From contig CM022678.1 in the NCBI GenBank assembly GCA_012295275.1, positions 15,686,001 to 15,750,000 on the forward strand: a DNA stretch of 64,000 nt, read 5' to 3'. The translations under genes were made by a program, and so were the position numbers. The notes beneath the pieces are model-generated. The model was not told the DNA's origin. It did not search any database and saw only the letters and a program-made list of their open reading frames with translations. This document shows positions 12,401 to 42,399 of this stretch, one piece after another (the stretch's first letter is position 1; the number at the start of each line of letters is the position of its first letter). Origin of the DNA: Chrysomallon squamiferum (lineage: Eukaryota > Animalia > Mollusca).

Positions 12401-12838
12401 TTTTTTTTTAGTATAACCATTTCTATGAATTTTATTCAAAAGGAACTTTTTTTTCTTTCAGTCTTTTTCTAAATACTCCTTTAAATACTAAATTTTTTAT
12501 AAGGAACTTTTACATTTTTTTTTCATTTAAATACTGGTTTTTAATGTATTTTCCACATTTAAATAGGGTTATTAACTTTTAATATCCGGGATTTTTCTTC
12601 TTTTTTTTTTTTGTTTTTTTTGTGGAGATGGCACTCATTTAAATAGTTATTTCATTTTAATAGAATGTTGTTGTTTTTTGTTTTTTTAATGGTTATCAAA
12701 TATTTTTTAATTAAATTATTATTCGCGAGATAAAAGATGTTTCATGTGCTTAAATATTTTCAGTTGTTTTTGTCATTTTTCTATTAATAAATAAAAACAA
12801 TGAAAAGAAAGACAAACTAGTTATTATCATTCAGCGCA

Positions 12839-12844
12839 TTTATT
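12839..12844 (-). terminator. Candidate polyadenylation signal of gene B (implies ~3.75-kb 3' UTR)
   Basis: AATAAA on the minus strand, followed ~25 nt downstream by U/GU-rich tttgtctttcttttcattgtttttatt; other AATAAA hexamers exist in the UTR, so the choice is tentative. Confidence 0.4.
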
Positions 12845-13978
12845 GCTAAGGAATGAGAAGTATTTAAAAAAAACAGTTTTAACAATTCTATAGACGTGGA
12901 AAGGTCCCTCCGGCAATAATGATAATGGCCATGGCAAGCTAAAAACAAGCAATATGTACACAAACATGACACAGAAACAAACAGATAACCTCTAAGCCAG
13001 ATGGATGTATCTAAAATTTAACTGATTAATTTATAGAAAATATTGATACAATAATTAATAGATTAATTCGTTTGTAGAAAATTTTCATTACCGTATTAAG
13101 AAATTGTATTTTCTTAAAAGTATCCTTTTGTTATTGTATTTTGATACCAAGCAAATACATCAATTTTAATTAAATGTTAATATAAAAATTATCAATAGCT
13201 GCAAAGATCCATATAGTTTCTGAATCTTCATTAATATTGACAACAGAATGAAGTCTTAATGTGATAGGAACCACAGTCTGTTTATTGAGTAGACAGTGTT
13301 TGAAATCAGTTTTGTACAAAGATAAAATACACAGTTCATTTATTACTAACTTCATACTACTGCTCCTGCATACAGTTCAAAAATAACAGAAATTTCTGAT
13401 CAAAATGTGTAATACGTAAAGTTATATATATAAAAAAAATGGCAGCTATGAGTGACATGGAGTACTGGGTGAAATTGCACTAATGAAATGTGAATGAGAG
13501 ATATACAAATTTCATTTTTAAAAAACGCCATCCAATGCTAACACCTTTCGCACATGTACATGTAAAAAGTCTGTAATAAATAACATTTTATGATACACGG
13601 AGGGTATAAAATTAGCTTGGATGACAATATAAAAAATCAACAAAAAATAAAAACTTTCAAAACAAGTCAGCTATTTACAAATATAAAAATTTTACATATT
13701 TAGAATTTATATATATATAATCTATCTAAACTAAAAATTACTTACAAGCATACACTAATTAAAATAACTCACATGAAAGGCATTCAAGGAAAGAATTAAA
13801 AAATGAAATAAATCTTAAGTCAGTAAAACAAAATAATATTTTTAATAGGTTAACCTTTACTAACAAGCCTAATGACTTCACACTAGTAACAGTCACTGAG
13901 ATAAAACAAATACAAACATGAGCATCTAGATTACAATTAACAGAATAATGAAACAGAAGCTGATAACACATCTATTGT

Positions 13979-14041
<63 letters not shown>

Positions 14042-16059
14042 TACTGTCTTGTTTTAAAACAATGGCTAAAAACAGTTAGTAATGGTTTTAGCACCAGTAG
14101 AAAAAACACTGACCAACAGGTTGTCTACATTTTGTAATTCCTTATTGATGGAAAGGTATTGGAATTTTAAATCAGAGCTTTGAGAAACCAAAAAAAAATA
14201 AAACTATTTTATTTTTTTGATGTTTTCTAAATAATAATAATGTGCTTCTCTTTTTTTTTTAATTTAAAAAATTTAGTGATTGCTATATATATTTAAAAAC
14301 AACATTTGTTATTTATTAATTTATTTTAATTTATGATTTGTATTTATTTTATTTTATTTATTTTTTTTGAACATTTTAACATAAATTTCAAAACTTTTCT
14401 TTGGAAACAAATCATTAATAACTTTTCCACTATGAATTAAGTACAAATAAAAAATAAAAATATATATTTCTATGATTTTCCTTTAAAAGGCAAATCTGGA
14501 TAATTTCAAAAAGGCTGCGAAAACAAGGCCAACAAATTTTATTACCATTCAGTTCATTCATTCCAAAGAAATGTGTATAGTTGTAATAAAAATATGCTGC
14601 CTTATTTCAGTTTATTTTGTATGCATAATTTTTTTTAAATATTCACAGAAGTAGGTATGAAAACAAATTTGAAATCATTTTTTTTACAAATCACATTTGA
14701 GAAAATAAATAAAAATCTTAAAACAACACAATAATATATGGAAAGGAAATATATTGTGTTTTTAATATAACTGAATGTTTAAGGGAAATAAAATCTGGAA
14801 TGATAGCTATCAAAAAATTCTATACAAATGAAAATTAATAATTGTAAACGAAAGAAAAAAAAGAAAAAATCACAAATGTCACAACCATAAAATTAATAGG
14901 AATGATTTGATTTTTATAAATTTAATTCTATAATTCTATTATTTCTCTACACTAAAGATTTTTATAACAGTTTAAATACAAATATCAGTGGGATCAAACA
15001 AAAGAAATAAATACAAAACAAAGAATAAAAACATTTTTTTCCTGTTTAACAAAATTATGAAAAATATAACGTGTATAATTAACCCTACTGAAATGTAAAC
15101 AAGTTTTTATTACAGTCACTTAATACAACGAATCTGGAATGCTACTTCTAAGTTCTTACTAACCCTGAATCTCATTATGTTAATAATAGTATTTGTTTGT
15201 TTAGTCTGTAATTCATTAATATTTATTTTTAAATTCAATAAGTATAAGAAAATAAATAAATATATATAAATAATGCTTTCATTTAGAAGAACATAAAAAT
15301 TAATAATACAAACAAAAACTTAATGACGAGAAAAAAAAAAGGAAAAAGGAAATGTGAAGTTTGATAATGTAGGAATTTCAGATGTTCTGTAAAAACAGTG
15401 AACATAAATATATCAATACTGCGTAGTGGACAATGGGACAATATGTACATTTTGCACAAATGGTCTTGTAAAACAAATTTAAAAAAAAAAAAAAAATATT
15501 ATTTTTTATCTATTGTTAAACACAACACAAACACTTCCACAGCTGGGTTTGTGTCACTGATGAAGAATACCACACAGCCGCCCGAAAACTGATCAAACAC
15601 TAAATCTTTTTCACCAGTGAATTTGGTGACTTTGTGTAACTTCGGAGTAACTGATAAACTGGTATTACCCATAATCAGTGCTCACTTATAGAGGAAAATC
15701 AACAGACTGTAGATGTATGACCTACATGTATCTGAAAAGAGCTGTTCTCACTATTAATACCTCTTCACATGAAAAACAAATCAACAGCAAACTCTGAACT
15801 ATTTTCAAATGCTGCAGAAAAACACATGGACAGTTTCAACCAGTGAAGAAAAAAGAAGCTATGGTATTAATTAATTCAACAATACTCAGTTGTTGTTGGT
15901 TTTTTGTTTGTTTGTTTGTTTTTTTTTTTGTTTTTTTTTTTTTTTGCATATCAATATAATAACAGTTAAAAATATTAAAATATGTAACAACCACAGACAG
16001 AGTAGAAAAATAGTTTTTGAAAAAATTAACATTTGTCATTTTCTGCATTTATTAAAATG

Positions 16060-16091
<32 letters not shown>

Positions 16092-16581
16092 CTTAAAGGA
16101 AAAATTAAAAGAAATTAAAAATTTCAACATGCGGATTTGCTAGTACACATACATACATTTACTTCCTCTTTTTCATACTTTTTTTTTTTTTTAATTTTTT
16201 TTTTTTTTTTACCTTTTTAATCGCCATTGTCATCATTTATACTTCAACCATATAAGCAACCATGCAACTAATTCACCAAAATTTAAAAAAAAAAATAAAA
16301 AAAATTTAAAAATATTTTAAAATATCACTGAGCTAATTATTTATAAGAAAAAAAAAAAATAATAATAATATTATAAAACTACTGCGATTAAAAACCCTCA
16401 TTAAAAAAATTATGACAAAAAAAAATAATAATAATAAAAAATCACCTAAAAAAAAATAAAAACATTAACAATTAAAAATAACATTCATTTTAAACCCAAA
16501 CTAAAAAAAAAAAATTTAAAAAAAATCTTTTTTTTTCATCTTTCACACTGAAGGCAGCACTTAATTGGTTACACAGTAACA

Positions 16582-30365
<13,784 letters not shown>

Positions 30366-30727
30366 GGCTAGAGTTGTCTCCTCTTTAACTGCATTAATTA
30401 TCTCCCCTGCTCCTCACTCTTTTTTTTCTTATATATACAGTCAAGTAATCCTGTGCTGGTTATTTCTGTATTACCTAAAGAAAAAAGACAAACAAAACAC
30501 GAGTTTAAAACATGAAAGTATTAAACATTCACATAATGAACGAATAATTAGCAAGATTACAGTAACATCGTAACACATCGGCTGTTCAGACTGCATGTAT
30601 ACTGACAACATGCGAGAGGCAGTTTGCTGTCACCAGCAAGGATACTTTTAAATGTATCACCTAGAGACAAGACAGCAAATTACTTTGGTTAGACTGGGAA
30701 AGAAAACCACTTAAAGATACTGACATC

Positions 30728-30767
<40 letters not shown>

Positions 30768-33170
30768 AAAATAGCAATGTACACTCAGAAAAAAAAAAAC
30801 CAGAAACCATACACAAACACAATACACACATGTACACACAAAATACACCCAAGTACAAAGGACACAAACATTCAAACACAAATACAAACTAATATAAACA
30901 AACACACACTAATATAACATCACACAGACACTTATATAAACACACACACACACACAGTAATATTCATTTAACTTTAAGGGTCACTTAACATGACCTTCAA
31001 CAATAACAAACAAAAATAATAATTGTGTTTATAAACTGGAGTGGAAGACCTAAATAGTTCATCATCACAGAATAAATGTCACAGTCTTCCCAGCACAGAA
31101 GCGACAGAAAGAGAAATGAGTAAGCAAAGTGTACACACTGATGCTATTTACAGGTTTAGCAAAATATTGGTCGTTTTGTTTTCTTTCTTTTCTTCTTTCT
31201 TTTCTTTTTTCTTTTCAAAAACACCACTTAACTCTTAACTTTTTCTTTCTTTAGAATGAACAGATCAGTTTTCAAATGATATAGTGTAAAAATATAAAAA
31301 TTAACACCTTTATTCCCCATCATGTTATAAATGAATTGGGTCTTGCTACTGTATATAGTTGTTTAATATAATACTTTGAAAGAACAGACTTACAAAACAC
31401 CTGTACACACACATTAAAAAAGTCTACAATGATAAATGTATGTAAATGAAAAAAAAAAAAAACTTATATTTTAAACACATAAGCTTGTTACCTCAAAATT
31501 ATTATTATTATTATTATTATTATTAAACACAGAAAAATTATTAAAATATACTATTTTAGCATTTATGCATTTCTTTGGTGTACAAAATTTATCTCTTTTT
31601 TTTCAAGATTTTAACTGAACAAACTTTTTTCTAAAAGATTACACAGGGCTAATGTATTAGATATTTCAACTCAACCTTACTTAACTTGTTCATTTACTTC
31701 TTTTTTTTTTAGTCATTTTTGTTTAATTTAACCTAATTTGGTTCATCGTGCTCTTATTATTTTTCTTTCTTCACCTTTTCCCCCTTCTTTTTAAGGAAAG
31801 AGAGGATAATTTATAACAACAAAACCACCTGGAGCCTGTCTGACTGTCCGTGTTTAATAAAAAACAGGTGTGTGTGTCTGTTTACGACATGTTCACAGAT
31901 TAACCTGCACTGAGAAAGGTGACCTGCTCCATGGCTTCTTTTGTTCACAGTGACAGCTTTGACAAAGCAGCAAGCTTCCTCCAACAAACATTTATTAACT
32001 TACAGCTCGTTAAAAAACTGCTAGAAGGTAACCAGTCTGTGAATCTGAAAACATTAATCAACACGAATGAAATGTGTTTAGCTGACTGAACACAGACGCA
32101 AGATGCAGCCATTGTCCCTCGTGAAAGATAAGATAAAGGAAAATGGTTGTCCTGGATGTTCTGGTTCTTGTTATATTTTTATTAATTTTTTTTTATTATT
32201 TATTTATTTATTTATTTTTTATTTTTTTGTTTTTTAAAGTAGGTAATAATGATGCTAAGACACAGAAGACAGATCAATGGCTATAACTGGTTTATTATTA
32301 TTGTAAGAAACAAACAGTATCTGAAATGGCTGATCAATATAAATACAGATGTCACTTTTGGATATATTATCCTGGGCCATCTTAATGGCAATGTAGATGG
32401 TGAACACAAAACACAGAGGCAAAGCTGCTGGGATGCTACATACAAAACCACTAAAATAATTTATTGACACAAATCCACAGTACACATGAATTGCCCAGAG
32501 TGTCCATGCCTTAAGACTATCTTAATGTTATTTTGTGTGCATCAATAAATAATGAACTGTTTACTGTGCAGAAATACCTAGACATCATGTAACATAACAG
32601 GACCATGTAGTCAGAGAAGTCAGCAGTTTATATAGACTAACTGACAAAAAAATTATTTATTTTTGTTTTAGTAAACTGGATAGTTTAATGAATGGAGATG
32701 AAAAGTGTGTATGGTACAAGTTAAAGAGAGGTGGTGTGTATGTTTGTATGTGTGTCTGTCTTTTCCCCATATGCATAAAATATGTTGTATATATGTGTAT
32801 GTGTCTGTGTAAAATATATTTTTTTGTTTGTTTGTTTTACACACTCACATGCAAGAGACATACATAATAAGGAGCACACACACACACACACACACCTACC
32901 ACCACTGAAGTATTATGAATATAGACAGACAGATAGACAGAGACAGAGAGACAGACAAATAACATGAATCTATATTTTATAATTTGAAGCACTGATGTAA
33001 ATGAGTGTCTACATAATGAAAAATGTTTAGAAATAACTATTCACATTTTAAACAAGCATATTATTAACAGGAAATAAAGATTAAACTTTACTAATCCCAG
33101 CTCCTAATTACATAAATGTAGGTAAATACTTCTTTTAAAAATGCCTTCATTCTGATTATGGACTTAATAA

Positions 33171-33204
<34 letters not shown>

Positions 33205-34045
33205 CACATTAAATAAATTTTGTTTCAGCTGCTTCATTGTTTATTTTGATGTGAATCTTTATCGTTTGTTTCTCGTTTGTTTTCCATATAAGATAAGAAT
33301 AAAAGACAATTATATATGAACATGATGAAATGTAAAAGACATTGTTTAAACAGTGGGTATTGTTCATGATGCATTATCTACATTATACCTGTGTCACATA
33401 GCTATGTGATTCAAACTGAACACTGTATGAAAATGATAATATGAAATGAAAAAGACATTGTTTAAAAAAAAAAAATTTTCATTATATATTATTTGCATAT
33501 ACCTGTGTGTCACTCATATTTACAAGCCAGGTATGAGATTGTGACTGAACCTGTGTAAAGGGTGTGGTGTTTTAACAATACATGTATTGTCTTTAACTCT
33601 GCAAGCAACAAATGTTTGCCTGTTCATTTCACAATTACACACAGTTAGCTTCTGTGAGTTCTGAGTATTTCACATGTTAATTATAATGTTTATAATATTA
33701 ATAATAATAATCATAATAATAATAATCATAATAATAATAATCATAATAATAATAATCATAATAATAATAATAGTAATAATAATAATAATAGTAATAGTGT
33801 CAACTGAATATTTCACACTTAATTATACTGTTTAAAATAATAATAATAATAATAGTATTATTGTAATAGTAATAGTGATAGTAATAATAATAAAGATATA
33901 AAAGCAAGATTCACTGAGTAGAATCAGAGCAAGACAATAGTAATAGAAATAAAATAGTTCTATCGGGAATTTAAAATTATGTCTAATAACTGTCTATTTA
34001 TACTTCAAATTATTTAATTTATCTCTGAAGATTAAGTTATTGCTT

Positions 34046-34095
<50 letters not shown>

Positions 34096-34250
34096 GCATG
34101 CATATACATTAAAATTTGTTAACACTTAAATTAAAAACACAAAATGTATTTCAAAACTGAAATTCCAGTCATCATCTTTCATTTATGTATTTTCATTTTA
34201 CAACATTTATTAACAAAACAATTACAAATTCAAACTCACTATGCAACTAG

Positions 34251-34541
34251 AATCCCAAACACAAAAACATTACTTTTTCAATTCCTGAATATAATCCCAA
34301 ACACAAAAATATTACTTTTTCAATTCCTGAATATAATCCCAAACACAAAAATACTACTTTTTCAATTCCTGAATATAATCCCAAACACAAAAAATATTAC
34401 TTTTTCAATTCCTGAATCCCAAACACAAAATTATTACTTTTTCAATTCCTGAATATAATCCCACACACAAAAAATATTACTTTTTCAATTCCTGAATCCC
34501 AAACACAAAAATATTACTTTTTCAATTCCTGAATATAATCC
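34251..34541. repeat. 42-bp minisatellite aatcccaaacacaaaaatattactttttcaattcctgaatat, ~7 copies
   Basis: Direct inspection. Confidence 0.92.
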
Positions 34542-34999
34542 ATCAACTGCTGGGAACAAACAAGAAGTAATTTTGAAATAATCCATTTTCTGTTCTTCAA
34601 ACAATCACATGAACTAAACTACAATTAATCACCAATGTCCAGTGGCCATCAAGGAAAAAAACTGACCACTGTCCACTGAGAATGATTTACTGCACACACC
34701 ACAATGACACTAAGCCTGAGAGATGACCCTGGTGAGTGGTCAGCCAGCTTATTATAAACACTGGTCACTGTTTAATTACTGCTGACCACTTCCTCAGTCA
34801 GACTTCTGACTGTGGTAGTCAGTGTTTACACTCCACCCTGTTCCGGATGTCCGTTCGTTCATTTGTTCTTCTGTCCACACTGACTGCAGTTGTGTTCATG
34901 TGATCAACACCAGTAACGAAGTCTTAATTTTATCTGCTTCAGAGTTTTTTTTTTGTCTTTATTTGCATTTCAAATATTTAAATGACCAGCATTATTGCA

Positions 35000-35202
35000 T
35001 ATATAGTCATACTGTACAGCATGTGTTGTTATATATGAAGTCATATTGTACGGCTTATGTTGTTGTATACAAAGTCATATTGTATGGCTTGTGTTGTTAT
35101 ATATGAAGTCATATTGTACGGCTTGTGTTGTTATATATGAAGACATATTGTACAGCTTGTGTTGTTATATAGGAAGTCATATTGTACAGTTTGTGTTGTT
35201 AT
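35000..35202. repeat. 34-bp minisatellite gaagtcatattgtacggcttgtgttgttatatat, ~6 copies
   Basis: Direct inspection. Confidence 0.88.
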
Positions 35203-37040
35203 CTCTATTTATTTATAAAATGTTCCTATTAAATATAGTTTTAAGAAATTTGTAATTGCACATTATCATACAATTTATTATTACTATTAAATATTTTTTG
35301 TACATAAACTATATTGTATAGCTTCTGTATGTGTTTGTGCAGTCTGAACTTAAGTTATAAATAATTATAATTATATTATTATCAAGATAATTTTATTTAA
35401 TGATTAAAAATTACATTTTATCAATCAAGTCTAACATGTATTTGAAAAAGAAAACAAATTACAGATTTAAAGACAAATTTGTCCTTCTTCTAGTTTTGTT
35501 GTTGTTGTTGTTGTTGTTGTTACTACTGGCAACTCGAGAACAAGGCTTCACATTTAACCTTCTATTTTAATCCAAACGGAACACATAGAAAACAACGAAT
35601 CTCAAAAAAATCCTGGTTTTGAAAATAAACACCAAACACTCCACTAACCTGGACATTTTGGTTCCGACGTAAAGACTTTAATAACCATCAGACGATGAGA
35701 CAAAACCGATGAACAGACATACAGACAATGAACAGACACACAGACAGAGCTGATCACTTTCCAATATCGGCCTGATGGCAAACTCCAAAGTCTGAGTATT
35801 ACAGTGAAAATCACTCATGCATGAAATACGTATTAAAATCAATATACACGTATGTATGTAGTCAGTCACACACGGAAGCAGTGCAAGTCCTCCTTGTTCT
35901 TCAACTGCATCTCATCTCGTTCATTACTTCATCCAAAAATCTCCTCATTTCCGCACAGAAGATGCGACGCTGCTTGATAAATGGAGGTATTGTTCCTGGT
36001 CTGGTGACAGAGAGAAATGGATTGGTCCAGAGTAAACCAAGGACAGGCTTCATGTCTCTCTCTCTCTCCATCATCAGAGACAAATCTATTTTTAGACTGA
36101 CATTTTTGTTTTTTCTCGGAATCTGCGTTTTTTTCGCATTCTGAGTAATTGTGTTAAAACAATAAAATTATTTCTAACTTGATTTTTCATATACTAGGAT
36201 CATAATATCCCCAAACATGTTTATTTATGATAATATATTGATATATTGATATATATACCAAAATCAATTATCATCATCCTGCATATTGGCCACTGTGGCA
36301 GTGATGGTTTTGCCTTCTCCAGTACAAACTGTGCCTCTTACAGTGATCAACAAAATATAACAAGCCTTAGCATAGTTTATCACATGTTTCATACAATACT
36401 GTGTTATCAGTTATATCTACAAGTTATTATTATCATTTTTGTGTTTCCTGTGAATGGAGATAGGAAGTTGAAAGAAAAAACCTATAAACTTATTAACACC
36501 AGTAATGAAGTCTAATTTTATGTCTAATTTTAATGGCTTCATTTATTAATGGCTACTGCCAAGAAAGTAAAAAAATTGTCTTCAGTATATATATATATAT
36601 ATACAAAGAAAGACCAATAATAAATGGAAATAAAGATGCTTGAACCATTATTTTTGACACTGTGTCAGTTATTTATGTATGAACTGATATACAGTCAATG
36701 CAGTGTTTGTTTAACTACCAATAAATCTTTCACTGGGTTATCCTTTTAGTCAAAAATAACAAGAGTTATGTTCAGCACCTTGATATCTCTCACACACAGT
36801 ACACACATACACACACACATACACACACACATACATACATATACACACAACATACCTATACACACAAGAATATTCACATATACATACTAAAGACCAAGCC
36901 TGTACATGCATGACAGGTGACTAATCTACATCTGTCTGTCTGTCTGTCTACATATATCCATATGTATATTATTATATACATATCTGTTTATCTATCTATC
37001 AATATATATATATATATCAATATATTCATACATATACACT

Positions 37041-37073
<33 letters not shown>

Positions 37074-37115
37074 TCAAGCTGTTGAATGATTGACAGGTGA
37101 CTAATCTAAAATGAT

Positions 37116-37244
37116 CAGCCAAGGATATTTTGCCACACATCACCTTCCATACTGTTAAGTCCTGGGAACCTGACTGAATGGGAAATAGCCCTCTGGGTGC
37201 TCTGTGAAGGATTGATCCTAAGATCTACACTGCCTCGGGCTAGG
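37116..37244 (-). mobile_element. Decayed tRNA-derived SINE fragment (gastropod-type)
   Basis: Minus strand taggatcaatcc (B-box-like) ... cccagagggctatttccc ... aaaatatccttggctg resembles, from recollection, a common gastropod SINE (TAGGATCGATCC...GGGCTATTTCTC...AAAAGATCCCTTGCTG); not verified by search. Confidence 0.45.
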
Positions 37245-37669
37245 ATAATAAAAACACAGATATTATCTTTTTTATCTGCATTTTTTTTTCTCATGCACAC
37301 ACTGCTGTCACTTGTTATTTTTTTCAAATAAGTATTAGTTTTTTCATCTAGTTACCTTCTTTGATTTTGACAGGCAATAGCCAGCATTTTTTTGTTGATA
37401 TGGGGTGTTGTTCAATATTCATTCATTTATTCATTTATTCATTCATTCATTCATTCCACCTCTCTCCCCACTGTATTTCTTTATATCTACACTGTTCTAT
37501 ACTTATGTCTATAAAATAAATTAGTATTTTTTTATTTATTTATTTTTTTATTTATTTATTTATTTATTTATTGTTTTGATATCTCATCCCACCCTCTTTA
37601 TTCTTCTACTGGTTTCTCTTCTTTCTTTCCTCTTTATCATTGTGCATGAGTGACATCATCATCATCATC

Positions 37670-37739
<70 letters not shown>

Positions 37740-37808
37740 TTTTATATTTTGTCTCTATTTCTATCTTCTGTGCATGTATAAATCTCATTCTTAATGTAAT
37801 TCTCTTTC

Positions 37809-37861
<53 letters not shown>

Positions 37862-39416
37862 TCACTTTCACACACCCCAATCTTATCTCTCTCCCAGTGA
37901 CATGTTTACATCAGTGAGTACTCAAATTACTGAGCAGTGATTACTGCTGTTCACAGTAAATTGCAATGTGCTTAACTCAAAGGTTACGACCCCACCTCAT
38001 TCAGGGTAATTCCCTGTGGGGGGGTTCAGCACCAGGGGAGCAGTCAGTGACAATTATTTCACCATGAAGCTTCATTTTAGTTCACTGGTGTAAAATATAA
38101 AACTAATCTTCATTTTAAAATAAGAAGCTAATGTTGATCTTGGAATAAAAGGTTAATCTTTCTCTTAAAATAACAAGCTGCTAATATAGATAATAACATT
38201 TTAAATAATATCCAGATATTTCTCAGCTTAAGTATATCAGATTTTATTCTGTTGTAATAAAGGATTATTTTATTTGTCAGATTTGTTAATAAGAATGTAA
38301 AATTAAATGGGATTATAGACAGTGTAGTTGTTGTTTTTTTATGTTTCATATAAGCAGCTCTAATTTGCTTACTGAAATATTACACACAGGCAATAAACTG
38401 CTATACTTGTTACACATATTAATAATAACCATTACTTTTTATTTATTTATTTATTTATTTATAAAACATTTAATATATACATATGTATATATATAGAGAG
38501 AGAGATAGATAGATAGATAGATGTCTTTACCATCAACGTTGGTAATGTTTAACAGCATTACATTTGACTACAGCTGAAATAGAGGTACCCAGTATTTGTA
38601 CGTGAAATAATGAAATGTGTTACCAAACAGTGATACACAAAAAACTCTGTTACAACTCAAACACACATCAAAACAAACAAAAATATCAATGTGTGAGTTT
38701 GTATGTCTATACATGGATATATATACATACATTTCATGATTAGCCATAAAAATAAGTTAATGTAATGAAAACTGGATTTCTGATGTCAGATTATGTTCTG
38801 TAGTTTGACCAGAAAGATTTATTCATCCAGGCAAGGATCTGAATGTGACAGAACCAATCAGCTGAGGTTGTTTATCGTGAGTTCCCAGGCGCCAGGCTGT
38901 GTTACTTTGTATCAAACACAGATTAACAACTATGTTGTACATTGTGTTAACATTACTGTTTTGCTTTAATAACACAATGTGTGTATTACTGTATAAATCC
39001 AAGTATCACATTTTTTATTTTTTCATTGTTAAATGTGGGGTTATTTTAAATACTAAACATTTGTAATCTTTTCTTTAAAGATTCATCATTTAGGGTTGTT
39101 ATATAGATATAAAATATACTAATATTAATGAATTAAATCAATGATATAATTTTCAAATTGTAAATTGCAAATCAACAAAATACATACATAAATAAATAAA
39201 AATGTGCACAAATGCAGGTGTTCATGTGTGCATGTGTTTATGTATGCATGCTATAACATCATGACTGTAACAGTATCAAATCCTGAAATGCAGCCGTAAC
39301 TAATGACTATTGACGTAGAAGTCAATTTTAAATTGATCTCACCTTAACAGAATTGATCTGAACTTGAAAAATGTGTCTTAGGGATCAATAACCTTTACAC
39401 TTTCTTTAAAAACTGG

Positions 39417-39458
<42 letters not shown>

Positions 39459-40473
39459 CAAGTTTCAAATTAATAGATTCTGTGAAATGGAAAAATAAAA
39501 TGTGATTTCAATAGCCTCATTTAAAAGCCATCAGTTTATGTTAAATTAATTTTGAACTGTATTATTATATTTCACCAGCTCAGTTTTTATGTTAATATCT
39601 ACATGAAGAAATAAATTTTTAAAACCTGAAATGTAATTATATTTTTTTTTACTATTTTTATTTTATTGTTAATTTTTTATTTTTTATTTATCACAATTGC
39701 TTTTGTTTACTTTTTAGGTACTTTTATTTATTTATATATTTATTTATTTTCAGATGAAAAGTGATTAATTCTTTGTATTTAAGTTTGTTTGTATATCATT
39801 TCTGGCACCTCATAATTTATTTTGTATTCTTTTTTCTTCTTTATTTTTTGTTGTTGTTTTGGAGTTTTTCATTTTATGCAAAATACATAAAAATAATGTT
39901 TATGTTGACTGAAGTAATATTAAATTGCACATTATTACATTTATATCACCACTGTCACCTAAGGGACAAAAAATTTTAAAAAGTTAAAATAAATTTTTTT
40001 ATATAAAAGACCTTATGTACGCAGATGGAATTTGTTCACTATTTGGTAATAAATCGTAACTAATGTGACATTAACAAAATATTTAAAACTGTCAGCCAGT
40101 TTTACAGCTATTAAAGGATTTTAAACAAAGTTGTGAAAAGTTTAAAATAAACAATAAATAGAGAAAAAGAAAGAATATTAATTCAGATGTTCTTTCATTG
40201 TACACCTTGTATTGTTCTAGTTATAATAATAAAACATTGCACAAACAGCATAAAGAGTATTTGTTTAATGGGTTTTAATCATTTTCTTTTTTCTTTCTTT
40301 TTTCTCTTCATTTTTCTCTATTTTTAAACTCTCTAACTCCTTGACTTCTACACAAGTATAGACATACACATATATAGACAGACTGTGATTAAAACACATT
40401 ATATACCTGCATGGCAGTTATTCTAATGAGGGCATACATTAAAATAACGCAAATACCCTTCACCTTCAGCAAC

Positions 40474-40509
<36 letters not shown>

Positions 40510-41395
40510 AGAGAGAGAGCGAGAGAGATAGAGAGAATTAATTCAGACCATTCATGCACATACACAAACAATATAAAAAAAAAAAAATACATATGAAGAA
40601 ATTTTAATCATTATGCATTACAGCACATTTACCATGAATGAACATACATTTCTGGTCACACTTGAATAACCACAATCAACGTGCAAACAATTCACAATGT
40701 ACACAGAAACTTTCCCTCATTTAACACACAGTAATAAAACTGAAACACACACACACACCCACACACACACACACACACACAGAAATACTATTTTTTTATG
40801 TCATTATGACCATAAAACCCCATCTAGCTATTTTAAACTATGAGAACAGGTTAGACAAGTCTAGCTTCAGGCTCAGTTGAAGGTGAACTGTCAACAGGTT
40901 TAGTGAAATATTCAAAGTGTTGTTTGGTCAGCAAATGTGCTACATAACACAACTTTGTACAACAAAGTAAAACACCAACACAGAAGAAAAATGTTATCTT
41001 TTCAAATTACTTTGATTACACAGTATTACATGTGTGTAATTCTTTGCTTCAGTGACATAAACAAAAGAAAATAAAATGAAGAAAATTGTTTTTGATTTCA
41101 GAATAAATTTATTATTATATAATCTAAATAGGCTACTCAGTTTTATATAGTAAAATAATTCAATAATTGTTTGCATGTTTTAGATACTGCTATAAAGTTC
41201 TAAAAGGCATTAATCTTAACTTTTATTTTTATATATAACCCCTGAAAGAAAGCAAAATCAAAAATCTATTTTAGTTTTATTACGTGGGTTTTTTTTAATG
41301 AAAATTACTGTATGTGAAAGTTAATTTTTAATAAAACATTACTTTCTCATAAATATTTACATAAATTTTAAGTAATCAATTAAAGTAATAATAAC

Positions 41396-41426
<31 letters not shown>

Positions 41427-42277
41427 CAACAAAAATAATAATTATTATTACAGCATAAATAACAAACATTTTTCATCATAATACTATACACATCTGTAAT
41501 AAAGAATATTTAAAACCTGCAATGAAATCAATGAAAACTCACCCACTTGAGCTGTACTAGCTAACTGCACAGTAGATAAACACAGCATGTGACATACACA
41601 AAGGTAATCCATATACTGACATGTAAAACAGATCTGTATTGTATATACAAGTACACTGACACAGAAATTTCCCAACCTAACCCACACACCCACTCTCTGT
41701 AAACAGCACAAGGCAAGTCCTTCTACGCCAGTATAGAGCTAAGGACCTAAAAATAATCAATGACAATTTTATTGTGGGAATTCTCTGTCTGAATCAGATA
41801 TAGGATGAACTTTAACTCTGTATTGTAATAGCCTGAACATTTGAACAGGAAAAGATGATAGTGTACAATAGAATAGTGTGTGCAGTAAGAGTAATAATGA
41901 ATGAAATGGGTAATGGTGATGATGATGGTGATGGATGATGATGATATAATATGTGGATGATGATTATGATATAATAATAATATGGTTATATAAAGCAATA
42001 ATAATAATAAATAAATAATAAATAATAACATTAACAAATTAGTAGTAGTAGTAGTAGTAATGAATAAATAAATAAATAATAATAACAATTTAGTAATATT
42101 TAACAACAGTAGTAGTAATAATAGCAAACGCAATATTAGCAGGAACTGTAATACTAATAGTAGTAATACATTAAAAAACAATATTAAAAAAAAAAAAATG
42201 AACTAAAAAATGGATTTATGCACTTATTTTAACAGCTCAACATCTCTTAAAATATGTTAATTCATGTCAAACACAAG

Positions 42278-42313
<36 letters not shown>

Positions 42314-42399
42314 TTACTCTTTTTTTAAAGTAGACTAACAGTGACAGAGCAGCAAGGCATCTTTTACGTGTACTTTCACACAGAAAGATGTGTGTAAAG

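Noticed and set aside
41543-41696. Possible extra 5' UTR exon (tttacag|...|gtgagt)
   Set aside because: Such site pairs are expected by chance in 27 kb; no independent evidence
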